Notes under the pieces: model-generated
Seen by the model: only the letters and a program-made list of their open reading frames with translations
What the model was told of the DNA's origin: nothing
Databases searched by the model: none
Shown: positions 1 through 9,589 of the stretch, piece by piece
How the letters are laid out: each line of letters begins with the position of its first letter
Position numbering within the stretch: position 1 is the first letter of the stretch
Source: Polyangiaceae bacterium
Lineage (GTDB): Bacteria; Myxococcota_A; Polyangia; Polyangiales; Polyangiaceae
Assembly: GCA_965222375.1 (NCBI GenBank)
Contig: CBDCTZ010000008.1
Location: 128,001 to 192,000 of the forward strand
DNA: 64,000 bases
Reading direction: 5' to 3'
Translations under genes and position numbers: made by a program

Positions 1-1
1 G

Positions 2-229
2 ATCAGCGGCGACTACAAGTTGCTGGTCTACGGCCGAGACTGGAAGCTGGCGCTCTACGACCTGAAGAACGATCCCGGTGAGCTCAAGAACCTTGCCAAG
101 AAAATGCCGGAAAAGTTCCAGGAAATGAAAAAGCTGTACCAAGAGGTCTGGGGCGGCGTGGTCAAAGTCAAACCCTATGGAGGAAACAAGCTCATGGGCG
201 GTGGCGTTGCCAACGGGCCCAGGCAGTAG
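2..229 (+). CDS. Sulfatase-family protein, C-terminal fragment (5' end outside window)
   Basis: Reads ISGDYKLLVY...LALYDLKNDPGELKNLA, the typical 'YKL...LYDL..DP.E..NL' sulfatase C-terminus. Confidence 0.75.
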   Translation: MSGDYKLLVYGRDWKLALYDLKNDPGELKNLAKKMPEKFQEMKKLYQEVWGGVVKVKPYGGNKLMGGGVANGPRQ

Positions 230-728
230 CTGGCTCCGCTACGGAACGCTTGGGGCGGCGCTCATTCTGGCCGCTTGCGGACCGCCGGCGGCGACGCCGG
301 CAGCTGCCGCACCGTCCGCGGTGGAGATCCCGACCGCCGAGACCAGCGCCCCCGACGACGAGACACCGCTTCCCGAGGCCGTTCGCCGCCCGACTCCCAC
401 GCCCGAGGAGGATCCTTTCGACTACTTCGTCGGTGTCTGGGATGGCGACGTGAACAACACCTTGCGCACCCAGCTTCTGGTTCAACCCAATGGCCAGTTC
501 ACGGTGCGCTCCAAGGCCCACCCGCGACAAAAGGCATGCGAACTCAACGGCCGATTTCGCGCGGAGGCGTCGAAGATCTTCCTGGAAGTCGCGGAGAGCA
601 CGTGCTCCGTGCAGAGCATCGGAAAGACTCTGGAACGTGATGTCGTCGACAAGCAAGACTCCGGTTTCGTGGCGATGAGTCCCTCGGGGGATCTGCGTAT
701 CGTCTACCGTCGTGTTCCAACGCCATGA
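177..728 (+). CDS. Hypothetical lipoprotein
   Basis: Hydrophobic stretch ending in LAAC lipobox, Pro/Ala linker, then small beta-rich domain (FVGVWDG); true start may be downstream of 177. Confidence 0.6.
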   Translation: MEETSSWAVALPTGPGSSWLRYGTLGAALILAACGPPAATPAAAAPSAVEIPTAETSAPDDETPLPEAVRRPTPTPEEDPFDYFVGVWDGDVNNTLRTQLLVQPNGQFTVRSKAHPRQKACELNGRFRAEASKIFLEVAESTCSVQSIGKTLERDVVDKQDSGFVAMSPSGDLRIVYRRVPTP

Positions 729-754
729 CGCCCATGGCAAAGAGGTAGACGCCC

Positions 755-2047
755 TCAAGCATAGGGCGTTGGGCTACGGGGTGGCCGGCCTGTGTCGTGG
801 CGAGGAACCCAAAGCAGGAACTGGTCCTTGCCCAGTTCCTTGGCGCGATACATCGCCGTATCTGCCCGACGAACCATCTCTTTCGCGTCCATTCCGGGCT
901 CGGAACAGGCCACGCCAACGCTGACCGTCAGATTCAACACGAGATCCCCCACCGCCAGCCCCTGGCGCAAGGACTGGATGACCCGCTCCGCCACCTGAAG
1001 CGCCGCATCTGTCGACTCGACGGTTTCCAAGAGCAGTGTGAACTCGTCGCCGCCAAGCCGGGCGGCGGTATCCCCAGCGCGACAAAGCGAATCCACACGC
1101 TGAGCCACTGCCACCAGGGCGGCGTCGCCGACGTCGTGACCATAGGTATCGTTGATAGTCTTGAAGCCATCCAAATCGATGAAAAGCAACGCCGACGACC
1201 CGGCCTTGCGGTCTTGCTGTGCTAGCGCGTGTTCCGCGCGATCCATGAATAGCGCCCGGTTCGGCAGTCCGGTCAGGCCGTCGAAAAACGCTTGGTGCAT
1301 CAGCATCTGCTCCAAGTCGTGGCGATCCGTGATGTCTCGGGCGTTGACCACGATTCCGCTCACGCTTGGATAGCCGACCAAGCTGTCGGCAACGGCTTCC
1401 AGGTAGCGCCACTGACCTTGCTTGTGCCGTACACGAAACTCGACCCGTACGTTGACGCCCGGCACGTTGCTCTCCACTAACGCGGAGCGCGCTGAAGCCA
1501 CGTCCTCGGGGTGCACGATGTCTTCGAGGCGGGCACCACGCACTTCGTGAGATTCGTAGCCGAGAACCCTGGATAGCGCGGGGCTCGCGTAACGGATCAC
1601 CCCGGCGCGGTCGAGCACCGCGATGATGTCGAGAGCGTTTTGCACCAGCGCCCGGTAGCGCCCTCGAGACAGCCGCAAAGCCCGGCACTGAGCTGTCGCT
1701 CGCTGCAGGCTTTTGACGCTCCGCGCGCACTGGCTGACCCGAAAGTCGAGGTCCTTCTGGTCCCCTCGCCACACGTCGAACACGCCGCTATCGAGCCAAG
1801 CGAGCTGGTCGGCCTCGTCCGGGTCCTGCGCCCAGATCACCACAAACAGATTGTCTCGAGACAGCTCCTCGAGAGGCAGTTGGGAAAACACCTCTTGGCC
1901 CACGATGACCAGAGTCGGGCCGGACGCACGGGCATCTTGAATCAGTCGCTGCTGCGAACTCAGCTGTCGCGCCACGAGTCCGGCGGCCCGGAGCGCGGCA
2001 TTGAGCCGCTCGTGCTCGAAGTCACACGCGAGCAAGAAACATCGCAT
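755..2047 (-). CDS. Diguanylate cyclase with degenerate REC-like, PAS and GGDEF domains
   Basis: PAS (IVHPED...RDIT), DGLTGLPNR, LFIDLDGFK.INDTYGH, RAGD I-site followed by GGDEF, ADTAMYRAK. Confidence 0.92.
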   Translation of the reverse strand: MRCFLLACDFEHERLNAALRAAGLVARQLSSQQRLIQDARASGPTLVIVGQEVFSQLPLEELSRDNLFVVIWAQDPDEADQLAWLDSGVFDVWRGDQKDLDFRVSQCARSVKSLQRATAQCRALRLSRGRYRALVQNALDIIAVLDRAGVIRYASPALSRVLGYESHEVRGARLEDIVHPEDVASARSALVESNVPGVNVRVEFRVRHKQGQWRYLEAVADSLVGYPSVSGIVVNARDITDRHDLEQMLMHQAFFDGLTGLPNRALFMDRAEHALAQQDRKAGSSALLFIDLDGFKTINDTYGHDVGDAALVAVAQRVDSLCRAGDTAARLGGDEFTLLLETVESTDAALQVAERVIQSLRQGLAVGDLVLNLTVSVGVACSEPGMDAKEMVRRADTAMYRAKELGKDQFLLWVPRHDTGRPPRSPTPYA

Positions 2048-2076
2048 ACTTGAAGCGTCCGTTGCCGGACTTCAGG

Positions 2077-3111
2077 CTACTTGAGAACGGACGGAAGGTC
2101 TTGGTGGATTTGCTCCGCCGCGCTCGACAGGACCTCCGCGTGCCAGCGCGTATGCGCTGTCTGAGCGGTAAACCGGCTCTTTCCGTCTGGCGTCGCTGAC
2201 TTGTGTAGCGACAGCTTGCCCAAGCGGCGGCCACCCTTGGCGAAGAACTCGACGTTCACGAACGCTTCGGGTGCCGCAATTTCAGGAGGCTCGTAGCTCA
2301 TGATGCGCAGCTTCGTGAGCTTGTTCATCCAGTTACCGGCTGTCTCATCCTGAGTTTTCGGCGATTCGGAATCCGCCCACGCGCCTTTCTTATCGGCAAC
2401 CCGCACCAGCTCCCGCGAGCGGTCCGTCGCCTTGATCACGACCTTGGCGATTTCGTCATTCTCGAATCCGAATAGGTCGCGCTCGACCAGTCGAGATTCC
2501 GCGAACATCAAGTTCTGTGCGACGGACCCTTCAATGGCGTAGGCCTCGCCGCTTTCCAATCGGACGTAGCGGTCACCCCCGCCAGGCGTGGTGCCCCCGA
2601 TGACCAGACTATGCGTGGTGCTGCCAAGGGTGACTTTCAACGTCCCCGCGGGCTTGTCGAAGCCGAATTCCTCGTCCCGAGCGGCTTCCACGAGCCCCAA
2701 CGCCCGGAGGGCCATCAACGGAGCCAGACTCTCTGCGAGCTTGGTCGCTTGCTCTACGCCGACGAAACGTACCGTCTCCTTCTTTGGCGGCGGCGCTTTG
2801 GGCGGAGGGGGAACCGCCGCATCCGGGCCAGCGTCTACCCGTGGCCGTGGTGGCGGACGCATCCGAACGGTCTTTTCGACTTTGCCCTCGAAATAGGCCC
2901 CGACGGAGTCTTTGCGCGCCGAGAGGTGCACCGAGCGGTCCTCTGCCTCGAACTGGATGCTCTTCAGATCCTTGACGCGACCCGCCCAGACTTGCACCTG
3001 CGCCTTCTTGGCTTTCCTGGGCGCGTCTTCTTTGGTCCAGACCGAAAACGCCACTGCACAGGCCACGCCCAGCAGCAGCAGGTGCACCAAGAGTCCTCGG
3101 CTCGAGATCAT
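2077..3111 (-). CDS. DUF4340-like membrane-anchored protein of a Gld-like ABC cassette
   Basis: ATG at 3111 overlaps upstream TGA (ATGA); N-terminal TM; 'FGFDKP...LVIGG.TP....RYVR' pattern; last gene of ABC/permease/GldG cluster. Confidence 0.75.
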   Translation of the reverse strand: MISSRGLLVHLLLLGVACAVAFSVWTKEDAPRKAKKAQVQVWAGRVKDLKSIQFEAEDRSVHLSARKDSVGAYFEGKVEKTVRMRPPPRPRVDAGPDAAVPPPPKAPPPKKETVRFVGVEQATKLAESLAPLMALRALGLVEAARDEEFGFDKPAGTLKVTLGSTTHSLVIGGTTPGGGDRYVRLESGEAYAIEGSVAQNLMFAESRLVERDLFGFENDEIAKVVIKATDRSRELVRVADKKGAWADSESPKTQDETAGNWMNKLTKLRIMSYEPPEIAAPEAFVNVEFFAKGGRRLGKLSLHKSATPDGKSRFTAQTAHTRWHAEVLSSAAEQIHQDLPSVLK

Positions 3112-5318
3112 TTCCGTGCTCCTTTGCGGCGACGGCGCGATACCCAGAAGCCCAGGCCGAGCACGAGGGCCGGTGCACCAAAGATCGTGGCGTAAAACCA
3201 GAGGGCGTCCTTTTCCTTGGTGTGCTCGATCCGCACGTCTTCTTCGGTATTCACCGCCCCGGAAAAGCTCTCTTCGCCGCCGAGCCAACGCAGAGCGTCC
3301 AGGAAAAGTACCTGGTTACCCAGGACGTTGCCCATGACCATGTCACTGAATGCGTCCGAGTCGGCCAACACGAAAGCGCGCATTTCGTCCGGCGGCGGCG
3401 CACCCTTCTTCTTCTTCTTCTTTTCGTCCGGCTCAGGCGGCTTCTTGACGGGTGGCTTGGTGGCTTTGCGAGTCACCGCAGCGGCAATGTTGAAAGTGGC
3501 GCCCTTCTCGCCTGGGTCTTCGCGGTAGTTCTTGTTTCGGTCTTGGAACGTGCCCGCCATGGCGCGGACGGCAAAGTCGACCTTCTCCGTAGCGCCCGCC
3601 GAGCGCTCGAAGCTGCCCGCGCCGAAAGTAACGACGACCGCGCGCGACGAGTTGCGACTCAGGGTGGAGACGGCTGCGTGGGACGAGAAACGGTTGGTCA
3701 CCAGCAGCGCGCGATCCGAGTCGTTGTACCGGCGCCGCACGTGTTGCCGAGCGTTGGCCAGTATAAAAGGCGAGTATTCGAGGCCCACGACTCGCGCCAG
3801 CTCGGCAAAGCTCTGTGCTGCGCCCGTGAGCACAGGAGGCGGCGGGCTTGGCGCCGCACTGCCGCTCGGAGCGGCACTTCCCGACGCAGCTGGGGGCGGA
3901 GCGGTCGGCGCGCTCGTGGTCGGCTGCGGAGCTGCATCGTTGCCCGGACCGGTAGCTTCCTGTCCTCCTGGCTTGGCGGCACTCTCTCCTTCCCGGAGCG
4001 CATCAGGATCGATAGCGATCAACAATTTGCCGCCGCCCTCCGAGTAGCGCTTGAGGGTCGCAATTTCTTCGGGCGCGAAGGGCTCGGTGGGTCCGAGCAC
4101 CATGACCACATCGGCATCCTCCGGCACTTGATTGCCAAGGCCTTGAGCCAACCCGAGATCTTTCACCAGATAGTTTTGCTTCTGGAGCAACGTTCGCACC
4201 ACGCGCATGTTCTTGCGGTTGGATTTGCCCGCAGATTGGTCGTTGAGCTCCCCGTGGCCGACGCTGAGGTAGACGGTCCGACGCGAGCGAACAAGCTTCA
4301 ACAGCTTCTCTTGGAAATCGCGATCCAGAGTTTTGAGCTTGGGTCTCGCATTGCGCTCGTCGGTGCCGATGCTCAGGGATTCCGTCACCCCCTCCCGCGA
4401 CAGCACCACCACGCCATCTTGGGTTGCGCGCAGCTCTCGGGCTCGCTTCGGGATCATCAGGCGGTCCTGGACCTCTACCTGCAGGTTGTCGGCGCCCGCG
4501 GCCACGCCCCGCAAGTATCGCTCCACCTCCGGGCGGATCTTGTTCACATCCGGGTAAAAGGCGATCACGCTGACAGGCTCGCTGAGCGAGGCCGCAATCT
4601 TCTTCGTGGATTCGCTTGGCTCGCTGGTCTTGAAGTAGGAATAGTCAGCCTTGATATCCAGCCCCTCTGCCGAGTAGACAAAGAGGGCGCCGTAGATCCC
4701 CGCAAGCACCAGGGAAAACCCACTGACGACGGCTGCGCGCACACGCCGGCTCTCGGGATTGGCAGCCCGGCGCATCGGAAGCAGCGCGGCTTCGGCAAAC
4801 AACATCGGCAGGACCGCCACGGCAATCAGCGAAATCCAGGCAATGCTCAACACGCCGAGCCAGCGCTCTTTTGCGTCCGGCTCCAGAGCAGCCAGGCCCA
4901 CTTTGTCCATGCCGGTTTCGGTCGTCACCGCGTAGATGGCCAGGGCCACGATACCAACCACCGAGAGCACCGCGAGCAGCGTCTCGATGTCTCGGCGCTG
5001 CCCGCCCATACGGTATTGCGGAACGAAACGGATGACCGTCGCTGCCAGCACGCAGACCACTCCGAGCGCCGTCACTACCGTGGTGGCCGTGTCAAAAGTG
5101 GCAAGCACTCGCTGGCCGACGAAGACCATGATCATACCGACGATGTAGAACGGCAAGACCCAAATCGGCGCCGACGCGCCAGCCCTCGGCGCCGCGCCGG
5201 GCGCCGGTGTCTCGTCCGCGGCCTCGGCGGAGCGGTCTTTGGTCGGCTGGTCCGTCTTGGAGTCAGCGCCCTCGGCGCTGTCGGCCTTCGTCGGCTTCCC
5301 GTCGTCGTCTAGCGCCAT
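3108..5318 (-). CDS. GldG-family (ABC-type auxiliary) membrane protein
   Basis: Several N-terminal TMs, 'VYLSVGHGE', 'VPEDADVVMVLGP..PF...E...L..Y...GGKLL', 'ADSD.FSD...N..LFLDALRWL', C-terminal TM plus RRRR. Confidence 0.85.
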   Translation of the reverse strand: MALDDDGKPTKADSAEGADSKTDQPTKDRSAEAADETPAPGAAPRAGASAPIWVLPFYIVGMIMVFVGQRVLATFDTATTVVTALGVVCVLAATVIRFVPQYRMGGQRRDIETLLAVLSVVGIVALAIYAVTTETGMDKVGLAALEPDAKERWLGVLSIAWISLIAVAVLPMLFAEAALLPMRRAANPESRRVRAAVVSGFSLVLAGIYGALFVYSAEGLDIKADYSYFKTSEPSESTKKIAASLSEPVSVIAFYPDVNKIRPEVERYLRGVAAGADNLQVEVQDRLMIPKRARELRATQDGVVVLSREGVTESLSIGTDERNARPKLKTLDRDFQEKLLKLVRSRRTVYLSVGHGELNDQSAGKSNRKNMRVVRTLLQKQNYLVKDLGLAQGLGNQVPEDADVVMVLGPTEPFAPEEIATLKRYSEGGGKLLIAIDPDALREGESAAKPGGQEATGPGNDAAPQPTTSAPTAPPPAASGSAAPSGSAAPSPPPPVLTGAAQSFAELARVVGLEYSPFILANARQHVRRRYNDSDRALLVTNRFSSHAAVSTLSRNSSRAVVVTFGAGSFERSAGATEKVDFAVRAMAGTFQDRNKNYREDPGEKGATFNIAAAVTRKATKPPVKKPPEPDEKKKKKKGAPPPDEMRAFVLADSDAFSDMVMGNVLGNQVLFLDALRWLGGEESFSGAVNTEEDVRIEHTKEKDALWFYATIFGAPALVLGLGFWVSRRRRKGARK

Positions 5319-6031
5319 CGGCGTGCCTCCAGCGTCTTCGTCGCGGCGAGCAAGAAGAAGTACGTGACCGCCAAATAGTAGGTGGCGGCACCCAATTCCA
5401 AGATCCCGACCATGAAGGGTCGAAAATTCTCGTGGTGCAGTGCGAGAGCGGACAAGAACGTGTTGAGCGGCGGGTCCACCGCTCGGGCCAGGGCCCACAG
5501 CAGAACCATCGGCACGAGGATCAACGCTCCAACCAGCGCCGCAACCACCTGGGACTTCGCCAGCGCCGAGGCAAATAACCCAATCGCGATTGACGCTGCT
5601 CCGAGCAGCAAGAGCCCGAGATAGCCCACGGCGATGTGCGCTCCGCTCACTTTACCGTTCACCAGAATCAGAAGCGGCATGTAGATCGTCAGGGCGGTCA
5701 TCAGCGAAAGCACGCCAAAGGCCGATACGAACTTGCCCATCACGATCTCACCGTCACGAATGGGTGAGGTATTGAGCAGCGTCAGAGTGCCCAGCTGGCG
5801 CTCCTCCGCCAGCAACCGCATCGAGAGCACGATGGCGGCCACCATGGTGGTGCCACTGGCGCCGTAGAAGAACTCCTGAAGCACCTGAGCGGACAGCAGC
5901 TTCTCGGTCAGCCCCTTCCAGTAGAAGTAGATCCCATCGATCAAGAGCACGCCGGCGATCACGACCGCACCCAGGGGTGAGCGGAAGTACGCAAACAGTT
6001 CCCGGCGGGCGATGAGTAGCGCTTGGCTCAT
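5309..6031 (-). CDS. ABC-2 type permease (GldF-like)
   Basis: 'IARREL.AYF.SP', 'SMRLLAEER..GTL.LL.TSP....EIV.GKF', six hydrophobic segments. Confidence 0.9.
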   Translation of the reverse strand: MSQALLIARRELFAYFRSPLGAVVIAGVLLIDGIYFYWKGLTEKLLSAQVLQEFFYGASGTTMVAAIVLSMRLLAEERQLGTLTLLNTSPIRDGEIVMGKFVSAFGVLSLMTALTIYMPLLILVNGKVSGAHIAVGYLGLLLLGAASIAIGLFASALAKSQVVAALVGALILVPMVLLWALARAVDPPLNTFLSALALHHENFRPFMVGILELGAATYYLAVTYFFLLAATKTLEARRWR

Positions 6032-7071
6032 GAGGCGCCCTCCTTGGCGTCGGACTTGTCGGTTGCTTCCGGAGCCTTGGCGCCCTCCTTCGACTTGGCG
6101 CGTCGCTTCCGGCGCCGGGACCGAGAGGGTGTTTCACCGCCACGGGAGAGCTCGAGGAAGACCGTCTCCAGCTCATGTTGACCACGGGAAAGCTCGAGCA
6201 GATCACAGCCGCTCTCGATCAGAGCGCGGCTCACCTCTGCGCGCACGTCCCGCTCGGCCACGACGAGAAGCTGCATGTCTGGTGCTCGTCCTTCAGCTTC
6301 CACTGTGTCTGCCGAAGTCACGCCAGGCAGCTGTCGAAGGACATCCAGTCCTGCGTTCACGGCGTCGCCAGAGCGAACGCTGACCTCCAGGCGCATCCCC
6401 TTCAGCAGCTTGGCAGAAAGTTCGGCTTCGGTGCCGCTTGCCACGATTTGACCATCTCGAATGACGAAGATCCTGTCGCAGGTTTCGCTGATCTCCGACA
6501 GAATGTGGCTGGACACCACGACGGTGTGCTCTCCTCCTAGGCTGCGCACCAAGTCGCGCATTTCTACGATTTGGACTGGGTCGAGACCGGATATGGGTTC
6601 ATCCAGCACAACGAACTCAGGCCGGTGCACGATGGCTTGGGCGATCCCGACGCGCTGTCGGAACCCATGGGATAGAGCGAAGATGGGTGTGTCTGCCTCA
6701 GCCCCGGTTTCGGTGAGGTCCATCGCTTCGCCCACCTGCTTCGTCACCTCGGCTGAAGCAACGCCACGCAACCGCGCCGCAAAGCGGAGGTACTCTGCGA
6801 CGGTCATCTCCGGGTACAGCGGCGGCGCATCAGGCAGGTAGCCCACCCGCTTGCGCACTTCGTGAGGCGCTTCCACCACGTCGATGCCTCCCACCGTGAC
6901 GCTACCGCTGGTTGGAAGCAGATCGCAGGACAACACCCGGAGCGTCGTGGTTTTGCCGGCTCCGTTCAGGCCGAGCAGCCCCACGATTTGCCCCTTTTCG
7001 ATTTCGGCGCTCAACGGGCCGACAGCGCGTCGATCGCCGTAGAACTTAGAGAGCTCTCGAATCTCAATCAC
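6028..7071 (-). CDS. ABC transporter ATP-binding protein (GldA-like)
   Basis: Walker A GLNGAGKTT, signature LSHGFRQR, Walker B VVLDEP, H-loop SSH; GTG start at 7071 estimated. Confidence 0.93.
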   Translation of the reverse strand: MIEIRELSKFYGDRRAVGPLSAEIEKGQIVGLLGLNGAGKTTTLRVLSCDLLPTSGSVTVGGIDVVEAPHEVRKRVGYLPDAPPLYPEMTVAEYLRFAARLRGVASAEVTKQVGEAMDLTETGAEADTPIFALSHGFRQRVGIAQAIVHRPEFVVLDEPISGLDPVQIVEMRDLVRSLGGEHTVVVSSHILSEISETCDRIFVIRDGQIVASGTEAELSAKLLKGMRLEVSVRSGDAVNAGLDVLRQLPGVTSADTVEAEGRAPDMQLLVVAERDVRAEVSRALIESGCDLLELSRGQHELETVFLELSRGGETPSRSRRRKRRAKSKEGAKAPEATDKSDAKEGAS

Positions 7072-7224
7072 GGGGCGCCCGATACCACGAATCGCCCGCA
7101 GATTGAGCAAGTTGTGGGCAATTGTGGCCCCAAGCTCGCCTCCAATTTAGGCCCGCGGGCCGAACCGAGTCGGGCTGCCCTGCGTCGGCTTCGGGGATAC
7201 TGCGTGTCGGTGCATCCCGACGCC

Positions 7225-8430
7225 ATGAAAGTCCACCTCCCCTCGCGCCCGGAGCGACGCTGCACCGACGCAGAGCCACGCCGAGAATCTGTGCTTGCGG
7301 AAGCTCGCCGGTTGGGGTTTTCCGCGGTCGGCGTCGGCGGCGTCGAGGCCTGGCCTTGCGCCGCGGAGCAGCTCGCGGCTTGGCTGGACGCGGGCTTCGC
7401 CGGCGATATGGAGTACATGGGCGACGGAGCGCGCGCGGATCCTCGCTCCCTGCACCCCGGCGCGAAGAGCTTCGTCGCCGTGGCACTCAGTTATCCCCGC
7501 GCAGCCGATCTCGCAGTCCCGCGCCGCAGCGCCACGGACCATTCGGCGACGCTTGCGGGTCACGTGGCGCGGTACGCCCGCGGACAGGACTACCACGTCG
7601 CCATCAAGGGGAAACTGATGCAACTGGCCGACCACGTCGCAGATTGTTTCGGCGCCGCGGTGCGGGTGAGGATCTGTGTCGATACCGCACCGCTCCTCGA
7701 GCGTGAGGCCGCGCGGCGCGCTGGCCTCGGATTCATCGGCAAGTCCACGATGCTGATCATTCCGGGGCTGGGCACGAACTTTCTGATTGGCGTGATGTTG
7801 ATGGACGTGCACCTCGAGCCCAGTGAGCCCGCGGACGGTAGCTGCGGGGCCTGCACGGCCTGCCTCGACGCCTGTCCCACCAACGCATTCCCGGCCCCCT
7901 ATTGTATCGACGGGCGCCGATGCGTTTCCTATCTCACCATCGAGAACTCCGGGGAGATCCCCCCGGATCTTCGCGGGGGAATCGGCAATCGAGTGTTCGG
8001 TTGTGACGTGTGTCAGGACATATGTCCCTACAATGCGTCCGCGGAGCCCCAGCCCTTCGCCCCGGAGCTTGCTCCAGAGCCCGCTCGGGCAGACACGGAT
8101 CTGGTGGCCCTTCTTGAACAAACCTCCGGCGACCACCGTAGGCGAGTGAAGCGCAGCGCCATGCGACGAGCTGGGCGGCATCAACTCAAACGCAATGCAG
8201 CGGTTGCCCTGGGCAATTCTGGGCAGCTCCGCGCCGTGCCGGCACTGAGTCGGTCCCTCGCGTCCGACGGCAGTCCGCTGGTACGTGGGCATGCCGCGTG
8301 GGCGTTGGGCCGACTCGGTGGTCCAGTGGCCGAGCAATGTTTGCTCGAAGCGGAGCGGAGCGACGCGGATCCCGGGGTTCGGGCAGAGGCTCGCAGCGCG
8401 CTCTTGACGCTGCGAGAGAGCCGGCGTTGA
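7225..8430 (+). CDS. queG: tRNA epoxyqueuosine reductase
   Basis: 'ARYARGQDYH', 'VDTAPLLER..A..AGLG.IGK', two 4Fe-4S motifs (CGACTACLDACP; GCDVCQDICP), RCVSYLTIE, C-terminal HEAT repeats. Confidence 0.93.
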   Translation: MKVHLPSRPERRCTDAEPRRESVLAEARRLGFSAVGVGGVEAWPCAAEQLAAWLDAGFAGDMEYMGDGARADPRSLHPGAKSFVAVALSYPRAADLAVPRRSATDHSATLAGHVARYARGQDYHVAIKGKLMQLADHVADCFGAAVRVRICVDTAPLLEREAARRAGLGFIGKSTMLIIPGLGTNFLIGVMLMDVHLEPSEPADGSCGACTACLDACPTNAFPAPYCIDGRRCVSYLTIENSGEIPPDLRGGIGNRVFGCDVCQDICPYNASAEPQPFAPELAPEPARADTDLVALLEQTSGDHRRRVKRSAMRRAGRHQLKRNAAVALGNSGQLRAVPALSRSLASDGSPLVRGHAAWALGRLGGPVAEQCLLEAERSDADPGVRAEARSALLTLRESRR

Positions 8431-8438
8431 TTGGTTTC

Positions 8439-8693
8439 GTGTTGCGTAAGAACCATTTTGGAGCGCTGGCCGGGGCGATGCTCGCTTTTGGCGTCAGTAG
8501 CGCATTCGCGGATACCCCGGCGGAAGCTCCTCCAGCTGCCGGCGCCACAGCCCCACCGACGGACGCGCCGAGCGAGGGGGTCAGCCACGCGAAGCGCCCC
8601 ATCGTCATCGGCATGATTGCCGCCGCGTTCTTGCTGATCGCTGGATTGGCCGGCGCCAACGATCGCCCGGATGGCGATCCCAAAAGCACCTAG
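8439..8693 (+). CDS. Small exported/membrane hypothetical protein
   Basis: Signal-like segment ending AFA, Pro/Ala linker, C-terminal TM (IVIGMIAAAFLLIAGL); start TTG 8427 or GTG 8439. Confidence 0.55.
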   Translation: MLRKNHFGALAGAMLAFGVSSAFADTPAEAPPAAGATAPPTDAPSEGVSHAKRPIVIGMIAAAFLLIAGLAGANDRPDGDPKST

Positions 8694-8696
8694 CGG

Positions 8697-9551
8697 ATGG
8701 CCGCGAAGAAGAAGTCACCAGGCCCCGCCGCCCGGAAGAAGACGGCTCCCCACCGGCAGCCCGCACGACCAAAGAAGCCGGCACCGGCGCGCGCCAGAAA
8801 GAAGAAAAAGAGGGCCCCAGCCAAAGCGCGCGCAGCACGCCCAAAGGCCCCGCCAGCCTCGGATCGCGCCAGACGCGAATGGCTCCGGCGTGTGGAAGCC
8901 GAGTATCGATCCGCGGCCATCACCCACGAGCTGACGCTGTGGCTGATCCGCATCGCTGCGAGCCCAGATCTGATCCTGGATGGGCTGCGCATCGTCAAGG
9001 ACGAGCTCAAGCACGCGGAGCTGAGCCACATGGTGTACGCCGCGGGCGGAGGCAGCGCGCCGCCGCAGATCCCACGTGAATCTCTTGGTATTGCCCGCCG
9101 CGGCAAGAGTCCTCTCGAACACGATGTGCTGCGCGCCTCGGTGGAGGTGTTTTGCCTCGGCGAAACCGTTGCGGTGCGGCTATTCCGTGAGCTTCGCAGT
9201 CGCTGCAGCGTGCCCGCTGCTCGACGCGCCCTCGATCGCATTCTGCGCGACGAGGTTCGGCATCGAGACTTCGGCTGGGCCATGCTCGAGTGGTTGAGCG
9301 AGCTGCCCAACGGCCCCGAACTGGTCGACTTGGCGGGGCGCGAGCTGCCGGGGATGTTCAAGCGCCTGCGCGCCTCCTACGCCCCCAGGGGCGCCGATAA
9401 GAAAACCCAGATCCCCGATTCCGAACGCGCCTGGGGCCTCATGCCTAGCGCCGCATACGGGCGAATCCTCGAGCAAGTCCTGGAGCGAGACTACACACCA
9501 CGCTTCGCGCGGTTCGGCATCGATGCTCCGGCCGCGTGGGCCGCCAGTTGA
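8697..9551 (+). CDS. Ferritin-like di-iron domain protein with Lys/Arg-rich N-terminal tail
   Basis: Di-iron pattern E(YRSA)...DELKH...E(TVA)...DEVRH. Confidence 0.8.
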   Translation: MAAKKKSPGPAARKKTAPHRQPARPKKPAPARARKKKKRAPAKARAARPKAPPASDRARREWLRRVEAEYRSAAITHELTLWLIRIAASPDLILDGLRIVKDELKHAELSHMVYAAGGGSAPPQIPRESLGIARRGKSPLEHDVLRASVEVFCLGETVAVRLFRELRSRCSVPAARRALDRILRDEVRHRDFGWAMLEWLSELPNGPELVDLAGRELPGMFKRLRASYAPRGADKKTQIPDSERAWGLMPSAAYGRILEQVLERDYTPRFARFGIDAPAAWAAS

Positions 9552-9589
9552 GTGCCACGCAGCCAAGGATCATGCGCTATGCTTGCTGC

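Noticed and set aside
3222..5312. 696-aa + strand ORF
   Set aside because: Antisense shadow of the GldG-like gene; no motifs; typical of high-GC codon bias
8691..8699. TAG-CGG-ATG in-frame junction between the small membrane ORF and the ferritin-like gene (possible read-through)
   Set aside because: Each ORF looks complete by itself, the stop is not in a catalytic motif, and same-frame adjacency occurs by chance one time in three
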